Positions 19,279 to 28,605 of a stretch of DNA of 64,000 nucleotides are shown here, piece after piece. A program made the translations under genes and the position numbers. The notes under the pieces are model-generated. The model had not been told where the DNA came from. It searched no databases and saw only the letters and a program-made list of their open reading frames with translations. Location: assembly GCA_963693055.1 (NCBI GenBank), contig OY843751.1, forward strand, positions 1,664,001 to 1,728,000, in the 5' to 3' direction. This DNA is from a bacterium (GTDB lineage Bacteria; Zhuqueibacterota; Zhuqueibacteria; Residuimicrobiales; Krinioviventaceae). Within the stretch, counting starts at the first letter, position 1. Every line of letters starts with the position of its first letter.

Positions 19279-20409
19279 ATGAAACATATAGTAGTGTTAG
19301 GAGCGGGTCTGGTAGGCAGAGTTATTGCCATTGATCTTGCAAAAAAAAGTCAGGTTACCGTAGCAGATAAAGATGCAGATCGTCTTGCTGATTTGAATGC
19401 ATATGAAAGTATTACTACGGTTTATACAGATTTGTCGTTTCAGAACCAAATACAGCCCCTTATAATGGATGCTGATATTGTTGTGAACGCATTACCGGGA
19501 TTTATGGGGTATGAAACGCTAAAAACAATCATTCAAACGGGCAAAGATGTGGTCGATATATCTTTTTTCCCTCAAGATGCATTAGAACTGGATGAATTGG
19601 CCAGGCAACACAATGTTACAGCAATTGTAGACTGTGGAGTAGCCCCAGGATTGGGCAATTTGCTTCTAGGACATCATGCCGAAACCATGAAGATAGACAG
19701 CTTTGTATGCTATGTGGGAGGTTTGCCCATTGAAAGAACATGGCCCTATGAATACAAGGCGCCTTTTTCTCCGGTTGATGTAATTGAAGAATATATCCGT
19801 CCGGCAAGACTGGTTGAAAATTGCAAACTGGTTGAACGACAGGCTTTGTCAGAACCCGAGCTGATTGATTTTGGCGAGTTGGGAACCCTGGAAGCATTCA
19901 ATACTGACGGACTTCGCAGTCTTGTCAAGACAATGAATATACCCAATATGAAAGAGAAAACGCTCCGGTATCCCGGGCATATTGAATTAATGCGCGTATT
20001 AAGGGAAACCGGTTTTTTTAGTCAGAATCCTGTGCAAGTTGGTAAAGCTGAAATCAGTCCTCTTGATTTAACCACAAAATTGCTATTACCCAAATGGGAA
20101 TTAAAGCGTGGTGAAAAAGAATTTACAATTATGAAAATCATCATCAAAGGCAAAGAGCAGGGTAAATTGAAAAATATTGAATACCTGTTGTACGATGAAT
20201 ATGATGTTGAAACTGAAACCCATTCTATGGCAAGAACGACTGGATACACCTGTACTGCTGCAGTATCCTTGTTGATTGATGGCAACTATAAAGAAAAAGG
20301 TGTATTGCCTCCGGAATTGTTGGCAAAAGATAAGGACGCTGTATCACAAATGTTAAATTATTTAAAAGAACGAAAAATTGAACTGCAAAGAAAAGAATTA
20401 GAAAACTGA
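19279..20409 (+). CDS. Saccharopine dehydrogenase / lysine 6-dehydrogenase family
   Basis: GAGLVG; DCGVAPGL; YVGGLP; EAFNTDGL; EKTLRYPGH; SMARTTGY. Confidence 0.85.
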   Translation: MKHIVVLGAGLVGRVIAIDLAKKSQVTVADKDADRLADLNAYESITTVYTDLSFQNQIQPLIMDADIVVNALPGFMGYETLKTIIQTGKDVVDISFFPQDALELDELARQHNVTAIVDCGVAPGLGNLLLGHHAETMKIDSFVCYVGGLPIERTWPYEYKAPFSPVDVIEEYIRPARLVENCKLVERQALSEPELIDFGELGTLEAFNTDGLRSLVKTMNIPNMKEKTLRYPGHIELMRVLRETGFFSQNPVQVGKAEISPLDLTTKLLLPKWELKRGEKEFTIMKIIIKGKEQGKLKNIEYLLYDEYDVETETHSMARTTGYTCTAAVSLLIDGNYKEKGVLPPELLAKDKDAVSQMLNYLKERKIELQRKELEN

Positions 20410-20413
20410 AATT

Positions 20414-21049
20414 ATGGCAAAGAATAAATTGTTCCGATATGCAGAACTACCCACGCTAACAAATGTTATTAACAAACCCGAGGTCTATAAAAATCATTGG
20501 GCTTCAGGTTATTTTAAAAATTCAAAACCTATTGTTGTTGAATTGGGGAGTGGCAAAGCTGAATATACGCTGGGTTTAGCAGAAAGAGATCCTGATAAAA
20601 ACTTTATTGCTATTGATGTTAAAGGTGCCCGGTTATGGGTGGGCGCCAAAAGTGCGATAGAGCAAGAACTTTATAACACCGCATTTGTAAGAATGTATAT
20701 AGAAAAATTGACCGATGTTTTTGGTGAAAATGAATTGGATGAAATATGGATACCGTTTGCGGATCCATTTTCTAAAAAACCAAATCGTCGTTTGGTTTCA
20801 CCCATGTTTCTTGAACGATATAGGCCCTTGTTGAAAGACGATGCCAGAATTCATTTCAAAACGGATGATACAGATTATTATGAATATGCATTAACCGTGC
20901 TTGAAGAGAAAAAATGTACAATACATCACAACAACTCTGATATTTATACGGTACAGGAACCCGATGAGTCGGTATATATACAGACAACATACGAATTAAA
21001 ACATCTTGCACTTGGTAAAACTATAAAGTATATTTGCTTTAGTCTTTAA
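20414..21049 (+). CDS. trmB: tRNA (guanine-N7)-methyltransferase
   Basis: VELGSGKAEY, DVKGARLW, IPFADP, HFKTD, TTYE motifs. Confidence 0.9.
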   Translation: MAKNKLFRYAELPTLTNVINKPEVYKNHWASGYFKNSKPIVVELGSGKAEYTLGLAERDPDKNFIAIDVKGARLWVGAKSAIEQELYNTAFVRMYIEKLTDVFGENELDEIWIPFADPFSKKPNRRLVSPMFLERYRPLLKDDARIHFKTDDTDYYEYALTVLEEKKCTIHHNNSDIYTVQEPDESVYIQTTYELKHLALGKTIKYICFSL

Positions 21050-21094
21050 AATACGCTATTATATAATATTTGGGCAATTTGGGACACACCAAAA

Positions 21095-21820
21095 ATGGAT
21101 CAGGAATCCAAATCTACAATACCAGAAAATACTATAGAAACACTTGCCAAAAGTTTTTATAAAGAATCTTCGGGATATGGTTTCAAGCAGGTTGATTATT
21201 TAAAATTTGTAAACAATTTGCTTGATATTGCAATGAAGAATCAAAATAACGGACAGATTGTATCTGAACCCGTAAAAACCTGGTTACAGGCAAATGGGAC
21301 CGAACCCGAACGTTTTCCTCTTTGTGGTACCCGACTTTTTATCAGAAAAGCAGCACCGTTGGATGATAAAGCGGTATTGGAAAAATGGTTAAGTGACAGA
21401 TTTGGAAGATTTTTCCTGTTATCCCGGGTTACGGCCCAATTTATGAGCCTGGATGAGATGTTGTATGATGAGAAAAATCATATAGGTATAATCACGCTTT
21501 TGGATGGTACATCAATTGGGGCATTGGCGTTTCTGAATTATGATGGAAAGCAAAAAAAAGCTGAATTGCGTAAAATAATAGGTGAAACCGAGTTTAGGGG
21601 AAAGGGGTATGCTAAAGAGGCATCAAAACTCTGGTTACATTATGGATTAACTACTCTGGATTTACGCAAAGTGTATTTGAATACACTTGATACAAATATC
21701 AGAAATATTCGATTAAATGAAGAACTGGGTTTTAAAGTTGAAGGCATTCTAACAAATGAGATCATGATTGATGATGTTTATCATGATGTGTTGAGAATGG
21801 GGCTTCGGTTTAAAGTATGA
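21095..21820 (+). CDS. GNAT N-acetyltransferase (RimJ/RimL-like) with an extra N-terminal helical module
   Basis: FRGKGYAKEA acetyl-CoA motif; NIRNIRLNEELGFKVEG. Confidence 0.85.
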   Translation: MDQESKSTIPENTIETLAKSFYKESSGYGFKQVDYLKFVNNLLDIAMKNQNNGQIVSEPVKTWLQANGTEPERFPLCGTRLFIRKAAPLDDKAVLEKWLSDRFGRFFLLSRVTAQFMSLDEMLYDEKNHIGIITLLDGTSIGALAFLNYDGKQKKAELRKIIGETEFRGKGYAKEASKLWLHYGLTTLDLRKVYLNTLDTNIRNIRLNEELGFKVEGILTNEIMIDDVYHDVLRMGLRFKV

Positions 21821-21939
21821 AATTCTCTTGTACGGAAAAAAAGTTTTCAATTAACAAATAGTAAAATTTCAACTTGCTTATCTTGATTTATTATTTTATT
21901 ATAGATGACGCATTTTAGTATAATGATGGATATTCCAAT

Positions 21940-22260
21940 ATGATAAAACGATTGCTGATTTGCTACAATTGTGGTACTGAAGTAGAATTTGAAAGAAAGA
22001 TATTTAGACAGGCAACATGTCCGGAATGTGATTGTTATCTGCATTGTTGTTTAAATTGTGACAATCATGACCCTATGGCACCTCATGAATGCCGGGAATC
22101 TCAAGCCCAGTGGGCAAGAGATAAGGAAACTGCAAATTTTTGTGATTATTTTGAACCGGTTGAAGGAGCCAATCACAAAGTCAGCAGTGCAATGAAACGC
22201 CAGCAAGATGCCAAAAGTAAACTTGAAGCTTTATTCAAAAAAAACGATACTGAAGGGTAG
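21940..22260 (+). CDS. Small Cys-rich putative Zn-binding protein
   Basis: CxxC...CPEC...HCCLNC...C...ANFCDYF; ends AKSKLEALFKK. Confidence 0.75.
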   Translation: MIKRLLICYNCGTEVEFERKIFRQATCPECDCYLHCCLNCDNHDPMAPHECRESQAQWARDKETANFCDYFEPVEGANHKVSSAMKRQQDAKSKLEALFKKNDTEG

Positions 22261-22395
22261 TGACAATAGGATTGCTAATTTTGAAATATTTGGCATAATT
22301 ATAGCATTGTAATTATAAGTTAATAGTGCAGTTTTTTTCTAAATACAGAAAGATAACAGGTGATGAAATCACATGTGCAGTAATTGGGGAATTGT

Positions 22396-24324
22396 ATGAA
22401 TGAAAAAGCAAACATAATGGTTGTTGAAGACGAATTCATTGTGTCTATGGAGATACAAGATCGTTTGAAAGGTTTGGGCTATAGTATAGCTACAGCAGTT
22501 GCTTCTGGTGAAGAAGCAATCGAGATGGCTGAGAAAATTAAACCTGATCTTGTACTTATGGATATTATGTTAAAGGGTCAGATGGATGGAGTGGAAGCTG
22601 CGGAGATTATTCGTAACCAGTATGAATTACCTGTTATTTACTTGACTGCACACTCTGATGAGGCAACGCTTACGCGTGCTAAAATTTCCCAACCGTTTGG
22701 TTATCTTATAAAACCTTTTGATGAACGTGGTTTACATACTACAATTGAAATGGCATTGTATCGCCATGAAATGGAGAAAAAACTTAAACAGAGCGAACAA
22801 TGGCTTTCTACTGTATTAACAGGCATTGGAGATGCAGTAATAGCCACAGATGCAAGTTTATTAGTCAAGTTTATTAATCCTGTTGCTGCAACTATAATTG
22901 ATATTGACGAGAATGATGCGTTGGGCAAAAATATTAATTCAATCTTTAATCTCCAGTCTGATGATCTGGGTGAATTGAATAAACGCATTATTTCTGTTCT
23001 GGACAGTGGTAAAGTTGAGACATTTCCTTCAGATATTTATATTTATAATAATAATGGTGACCAGATACCTGTAGATTGCAGTGTTTCACCTATTCGTGAT
23101 GATAAAAACAATATTAATGGTATTGTGCTCGTTTTCAGAGATATTACTGACAAGATCAAGCTGGAAAAGCAATTAACCCAGGCACAGAAAATGGAAAGTA
23201 TTGGTATGATGGCTGGTGGAGTTGCGCATGATTTTAATAATATTCTGGCAGCAATATTAGGCTATGCTTCATTCATCAAGGTAAAAATACCCACAGATGA
23301 TCCGAATTTTAAATATGTTGAAACTATAGAACGCAGTGCCCAGCGTGGTGCTGAGCTGACTGCTCAGTTGTTAACATTTACCCGAGGTGGTAAACAGGAT
23401 ATTAAACCGGTCAATGTTAATAGTATTGTTAGGGAAACTGTTAAAATTATTTCAAGCACTTTTGACAAGGCAATTGGAATTGAAACCCGTTTGTTTGATG
23501 GTTTACCGTTTGTTCAGGCAGATGAAGTCCAGATGCAGCAATTGTTAATGAATCTGTGTGTCAATGCACGAGATGCCATGCCGCAGGGCGGAACATTATC
23601 CATTGAGACGGATATGATCATGATCCATGAGCGTGACACCACTTTTTACATGGGCGCCAAGGCTGGTAATTATGTCTCTTTGTCTATTACGGATACCGGT
23701 ATTGGTATGGACAAGGACACACTGGATAAAATATTTGATCCGTTCTTTACTACAAAAGAAAAAGGCAAGGGTACGGGTTTAGGGCTGTCTATGGTTTATG
23801 GTGTTGTTAAAAATCATGGCGGTTTTGAAAAAGTTAGCAGTGAGCCCGGCAAAGGTACAACTTTTAAAATTTATTTTCCGGCCGGTGATCATGTTGAACA
23901 GCAAGCAGAAAAACTCAAAAAAGCACCACAACATGGTGATGAAGTTATTCTTGTTGTTGACGATGAAGAACCCATACGCCTGTTTGTTAAAGATGTTTTG
24001 GAATCTTATGGATACACTGTAAAATTGGCTGAAAACGGAAATCAAGCCATTGATGTTTTTGAAAAAGAGCATAAAGATATAGATTTGGTCATTCTAGATA
24101 TGATTATGCCCAAGATGGGTGGTTTGCAGACTTATCTGAAATTGAAAATGATTAATCCCAAGGTTAGAGCATTTCTGTCTTCAGGATACAGTCCGGATGG
24201 CCAGGCGGGAGAGATCCTTCGCCGGGGTGTAAACGGATTTTTACAAAAACCTTATGAAATGAATGATCTGCTTATCAAGGTACGTGAAATTCTGGATATG
24301 GAACCCGAACATCTGGAAACCTGA
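22396..24324 (+). CDS. Hybrid sensor kinase REC-PAS-HisKA-HATPase-REC (CckA-like)
   Basis: DLVLMDIML; GVAHDFNN H-box; NARDAM, DTGIGM, FFTTK, GTGLGL; C-terminal [10 protein letters not shown]. Confidence 0.92.
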   Translation: MNEKANIMVVEDEFIVSMEIQDRLKGLGYSIATAVASGEEAIEMAEKIKPDLVLMDIMLKGQMDGVEAAEIIRNQYELPVIYLTAHSDEATLTRAKISQPFGYLIKPFDERGLHTTIEMALYRHEMEKKLKQSEQWLSTVLTGIGDAVIATDASLLVKFINPVAATIIDIDENDALGKNINSIFNLQSDDLGELNKRIISVLDSGKVETFPSDIYIYNNNGDQIPVDCSVSPIRDDKNNINGIVLVFRDITDKIKLEKQLTQAQKMESIGMMAGGVAHDFNNILAAILGYASFIKVKIPTDDPNFKYVETIERSAQRGAELTAQLLTFTRGGKQDIKPVNVNSIVRETVKIISSTFDKAIGIETRLFDGLPFVQADEVQMQQLLMNLCVNARDAMPQGGTLSIETDMIMIHERDTTFYMGAKAGNYVSLSITDTGIGMDKDTLDKIFDPFFTTKEKGKGTGLGLSMVYGVVKNHGGFEKVSSEPGKGTTFKIYFPAGDHVEQQAEKLKKAPQHGDEVILVVDDEEPIRLFVKDVLESYGYTVKLAENGNQAIDVFEKEHKDIDLVILDMIMPKMGGLQTYLKLKMINPKVRAFLSSGYSPDGQAGEILRRGVNGFLQKPYEMNDLLIKVREILDMEPEHLET

Positions 24325-24365
24325 ATGCAGGATTAATGCACCCCAATTTTATTATTTTTTATATT

Positions 24366-25331
24366 CTAACGAACCAGTTTATATTCAGCTGCCAGGCTAT
24401 ACGTTTTGGCAGCTTTTTCTTTTTTAGCAAATATGGAAAGATTATAAACTCCTTTTTGGGGCAATATCAGATAAATAATTAATGTGTTATTTTTGTGCAC
24501 AATGGTAATATTTTGATCAGATATGTCATTGTCGTTAAGGTTAAGACGGACCTTGCATTGTGCTTTATCTGGGATATAGAATCTCATAGTGTCCTGTTTG
24601 TGTGCTTGAAATGTGCATTCTTTATGGGTTAATGCCTGCATCCCCAGTTCAAAGAACGTCCACTTGACATATATGTTTTTTTCAAATTCATTCAGGGTTA
24701 CATTTTGTGGTAACAGTTGCCATTGCCGGTCTTGTGGGTAATGCGAGTAGATCAATTCATTAGGGGGTGTGAGAAAATAATAATCATTAAACTTTTGTAC
24801 ATATACTCCATTGTTCATGTATCCCGCACCCCATGTGGGATCAATCAGATGCCAGGTACTGTCAATTAGTACGGCAATCCATGCGTGATTTGTTGTTTTT
24901 CCCTCAAATAAAGCTCCCGGGGTGTAATTAACACCTTTGGCCCATCCATTAATCTCGACTACTTTTAATCCAATAATATCGGCAAGGCTTTTATACAAAC
25001 CTGCGTATCCACCACAAACCGCTTTTCGTGTTTTTAAAACATCATTTGCTGATACATTGCTACTCATATGTGATATTGTAGGGCTAATATCATATATGAT
25101 GTTTTCTGTCATCCATCTGTAAAGGACCCTGGCTTTTTCGGAATCGGATTTAGCTGTTTGGCCCAAATACATGGCCAATGATTGTATGCTGGTTTCAACT
25201 GAATCCGGAGTATTAAGTGCGATTACATCCATTTGGCTTGTGGAAGAATGGGGATTATTGTTATTGCGGGTGTATGGAGAACACGCAACAAACATGAACA
25301 GGGAAAGGATGGACAAGTATTTTTTTATCAT
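24366..25331 (-). CDS. Transglutaminase-like lipoprotein (kyphoscoliosis peptidase/CYK3-like)
   Basis: Lipobox FVAC; triad AVCGGYA / NHAW / LIDPTWG; YFLTPP...HYP..WQL. Confidence 0.85.
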   Translation of the reverse strand: MIKKYLSILSLFMFVACSPYTRNNNNPHSSTSQMDVIALNTPDSVETSIQSLAMYLGQTAKSDSEKARVLYRWMTENIIYDISPTISHMSSNVSANDVLKTRKAVCGGYAGLYKSLADIIGLKVVEINGWAKGVNYTPGALFEGKTTNHAWIAVLIDSTWHLIDPTWGAGYMNNGVYVQKFNDYYFLTPPNELIYSHYPQDRQWQLLPQNVTLNEFEKNIYVKWTFFELGMQALTHKECTFQAHKQDTMRFYIPDKAQCKVRLNLNDNDISDQNITIVHKNNTLIIYLILPQKGVYNLSIFAKKEKAAKTYSLAAEYKLVR

Positions 25332-25420
25332 AGTATTCTTGATGTTTATTAACTTGAATTTATTGAAAAAAAGAGACATATTCAATTTGCAATAAATATA
25401 ACCATGAAATGGAGAGATTT

Positions 25421-26461
25421 ATGTCTGGACGTATGCAAAAAAGTATCATAATGTTAATTGTAATTTTTGCAGTATACTGTTTTGCCGGGAATGGAGAGAA
25501 AATTGTTATTGCGCATCGGGGTGCCAGCGGATATCTGCCGGAACATACTCTGGCTGCTAAAGCCATGGCTTATGCCATGAAAGCGGATTATCTGGAGCAG
25601 GACCTGGTTATGACCAAAGATAATCAACTGGTTGTGATGCATGACATAAATCTTGACCGCGTAACCAATGTGGAATCCGTATATCCGGCCAGAAAACGCC
25701 AGGATGGAAAATATTATGTGATTGACTTTACCCTGGCCGAGTTGGAAATGCTTTTAATGACTGAAAGCTTTGATGTTAAAGATGGGGTGAAAGAACAGAG
25801 CTATAAAGGGCGTTTTCCCATGATGACGTCAAATTTTAAAATACATACTTTTCAGGAAGAGATTGAATTGATTCAGGGCTTGAATAAAAGTACGGGGATG
25901 AATGTGGGAATCTATCCGGAAATCAAAAAGCCTGCATTTCATCTGGATGAGGGCAAAGATATCAGCAAGCACGTGCTAAAAGTTTTAAAACAGTATGGAT
26001 ATGTTAAAAAAACTGATCTGGTCTATTTACAATGTTTTGATCCGCGAGAAGTTAAACGCATCCATGACGAGTTGCTGCCCGAGTTTGGAATGGATGTTTC
26101 ATTAATCATGCTAATTGGGAATGCAGACCGGGATGAAAATGGTAAAGTTGAAAATAAATTGATTGCCTGGATGTATGAAAAAGGGGGAATGGACAAAATT
26201 GCAACTATTGCGGATGGTATTGGTCCTGATTATAATTTGATTATAGAATATGATAAAATTACAAACAAGATAGAATTGACGGATTGGGTTGAGCGGGCAC
26301 ATAAAGCAGGATTAAAGGTACATCCCTATACGATCCGTTCTGACAGATTGCCGGAATATGTAAATGGATTGGAGCCATTTGTAAAGCTGTTATATGAGAA
26401 AGCGGATGTAGATGGTGCGTTTACGGATTTTCCGGACAGAGTTGTTGAGATTGTAAAATAA
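25421..26461 (+). CDS. glpQ: Glycerophosphodiester phosphodiesterase
   Basis: IAHRGASGYLPEHT, EQDLVMTKD, YPEIKKP, FTDFPD. Confidence 0.93.
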   Translation: MSGRMQKSIIMLIVIFAVYCFAGNGEKIVIAHRGASGYLPEHTLAAKAMAYAMKADYLEQDLVMTKDNQLVVMHDINLDRVTNVESVYPARKRQDGKYYVIDFTLAELEMLLMTESFDVKDGVKEQSYKGRFPMMTSNFKIHTFQEEIELIQGLNKSTGMNVGIYPEIKKPAFHLDEGKDISKHVLKVLKQYGYVKKTDLVYLQCFDPREVKRIHDELLPEFGMDVSLIMLIGNADRDENGKVENKLIAWMYEKGGMDKIATIADGIGPDYNLIIEYDKITNKIELTDWVERAHKAGLKVHPYTIRSDRLPEYVNGLEPFVKLLYEKADVDGAFTDFPDRVVEIVK

Positions 26462-26472
26462 CGAATATATCA

Positions 26473-26502
26473 CATCCCGGAAGACCCTATACTTCCGGGA
26501 TG
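26473..26502. terminator. Hairpin between convergent glpQ and sialidase
   Basis: CATCCCGGAAG-loop-CTTCCGGGATG. Confidence 0.7.
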
Positions 26503-26515
26503 CTTGCTTTGGGGA

Positions 26516-27655
26516 TCAGGGAATAAACAACCCATCCGGTGAAAAGGATTCGAACCGGATCATGTCATACCTTTTTGTCTCTCCGTATTCATACAAAATA
26601 CCAATATTCCCATTGGGTAGCCGGGTTAAACAGGAATAGGCCGACGGACCCGCATGTACCAGTTTTGCAATTGTCCATGATTCGCAATCGTCAAAGCTAC
26701 ATTTGATGGTCATATGTGTACGCCCTTTGGGCACAGCGGGATTGGAGAACAATATCATGTTTTTCTCATTATACTCTTCAAAATTCAACAGAGATGCCTG
26801 ACAGCGGGATTCTGTCAGTTGATAATCGTGGGTGATTTTACTCCAGGTTTTTCCACCGTCCGTGCTTTTTGAAATTGCACGGCAGTATTCGTCGTTATAT
26901 GAACGCATATTCATGAGTAATGTACCGTCTGATAATTCAACGATCTGGCTCTCATTGCATCCGGGAGTGATGGGCTCGCTTTTGTTCCAGGTTTTACCAT
27001 GATCATCACTGTAAAGTACGTGTGAACCGTAACCGTAAGGACCATTACGAATCGTACCCTTGGGATCATCGTAGCTGTGGTTTGCGGGGATAACCAGCCG
27101 GTTTTTAAATTTTTCATGTTTCAATTGAATGCCAATACCAGGCCCGGTAGCATACCATCCCCATGAGGGATCTTTGAGCGTTTCTGTCATATCCACTGGT
27201 GTTGACCAGGTTTCGCCATCATCGTCAGAGTAACAAATGTATACACGACGGGTATCTGTTGATTCTTTACGGATGATTTTCCCTTCATCATCCTGGCCAA
27301 GGTTCCATGTCAGAAACAACCAGATTCTACCGGTTGTCTGGTCTATTACCGGACACGGATTGCCGCACGTATTGTTTTGATCATTCCAGACGATCGATTC
27401 ACTGCTCCAGTTGGCACCATTGTCAAAGGAGCGTTTGACCAGCATATCAATATCACCGGAATCACCACCCTCGCGACCTTCACAAAACGCCAATACCGTG
27501 CCCTGTGTGGTAACAATTATTGCCGGAATACGATAATTTTTGTAATTCCCTTGTCCATTCTGCCAAAGAATGCCGGATACTTTTTCGTTTGATGTACAGT
27601 TGCTAAAAAGCATTCCTGATAGTATCATCAGTATCCATAATGATATACGTTTCAT
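26516..27655 (-). CDS. Sialidase (GH33), probable lipoprotein
   Basis: YRIP motif; Asp-boxes SFDNGANW, SDDDGETW, SDDHGKTW, STDGGKTW; catalytic AYS. Confidence 0.92.
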   Translation of the reverse strand: MKRISLWILMILSGMLFSNCTSNEKVSGILWQNGQGNYKNYRIPAIIVTTQGTVLAFCEGREGGDSGDIDMLVKRSFDNGANWSSESIVWNDQNNTCGNPCPVIDQTTGRIWLFLTWNLGQDDEGKIIRKESTDTRRVYICYSDDDGETWSTPVDMTETLKDPSWGWYATGPGIGIQLKHEKFKNRLVIPANHSYDDPKGTIRNGPYGYGSHVLYSDDHGKTWNKSEPITPGCNESQIVELSDGTLLMNMRSYNDEYCRAISKSTDGGKTWSKITHDYQLTESRCQASLLNFEEYNEKNMILFSNPAVPKGRTHMTIKCSFDDCESWTIAKLVHAGPSAYSCLTRLPNGNIGILYEYGETKRYDMIRFESFSPDGLFIP

Positions 27656-27668
27656 TATAAGCTCCAAA

Positions 27669-28583
27669 TTAGTTTATCCAATCAAAGAAACCTATTTTTT
27701 TCAAATCCATTTCAAAAGAGACCAATTCTCCCTGGCTGAGTGTTCGGTTAGGAAGTCGGTTCGATCCGCAACTCATTCCAATAATTTTCATCATTCCTTT
27801 TCCGCCTATCAATCCACCACCGTATTTTATCAATATCTTGACAAATTCAACAGACCTGCGTTGGTATTCTCTAGCAGTTTCAATATCTCCATCTTGAAAT
27901 GCTTTAATGATTTGGTTATACACAGGTGCCATATAGTTATATGTGCTGCCCACAGCTCCCTGTACACCGAAGGTTAAACCAGCAAGTAAAACTTCATCAT
28001 AGCCATGTAAAATGTCCCATTTGCCTTCATCCGCATACAGGCATTGGTACAATTCCATAAAATTATTATGTGTAAATTTGATACCCGCAAGATTGGGGAT
28101 AAACTCGGTGGCCTGATTCAAGAAATCGGGCATGCTTAACGCAACGCCGGAAATGGAGGGGATATGATAATAATAAAAGGGTAATTCGGGTGCAGCCAGT
28201 GCTATAAGGGTACAAAACGCTACAAGTTCATTGACGCTGGCGGGTTGGAGGAAAGGCGGTCCCATGGCAGCTATAGCCTGGGCGCCGCTTTCTGCCGCAT
28301 GCTCGGCCAGTTCACGGGATTGACTATAAGAAGTGCTGCCCACATGGACAATGACCTTGAAATTGTCTGTAGCATATTTACACCATTCTTCAGTTAATGC
28401 TTTTCTTTCTTCCAGGTTTAACAACATACCTTCGCCGCTGGTACCAGAAATAAAAACACCAATAACATTATCATTTTGCAACTTTTTTGCATATTGTTCA
28501 ATCATGTCGAGTTTTATCTCATCATTCTGGTTGAACGGTGTAAAGGGTGCTGCAATAAGCCCTTGGGTTTTGATGATTTTCAT
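27669..28583 (-). CDS. nanA: N-acetylneuraminate lyase (DHDPS family)
   Basis: GTSGEG; YYYHIP; GIKFT Schiff-base Lys; GYDE; GSTYN; operon context. Confidence 0.85.
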   Translation of the reverse strand: MKIIKTQGLIAAPFTPFNQNDEIKLDMIEQYAKKLQNDNVIGVFISGTSGEGMLLNLEERKALTEEWCKYATDNFKVIVHVGSTSYSQSRELAEHAAESGAQAIAAMGPPFLQPASVNELVAFCTLIALAAPELPFYYYHIPSISGVALSMPDFLNQATEFIPNLAGIKFTHNNFMELYQCLYADEGKWDILHGYDEVLLAGLTFGVQGAVGSTYNYMAPVYNQIIKAFQDGDIETAREYQRRSVEFVKILIKYGGGLIGGKGMMKIIGMSCGSNRLPNRTLSQGELVSFEMDLKKIGFFDWIN

Positions 28584-28605
28584 AGATTCTCCAAATAAAC
28601 TGTAA

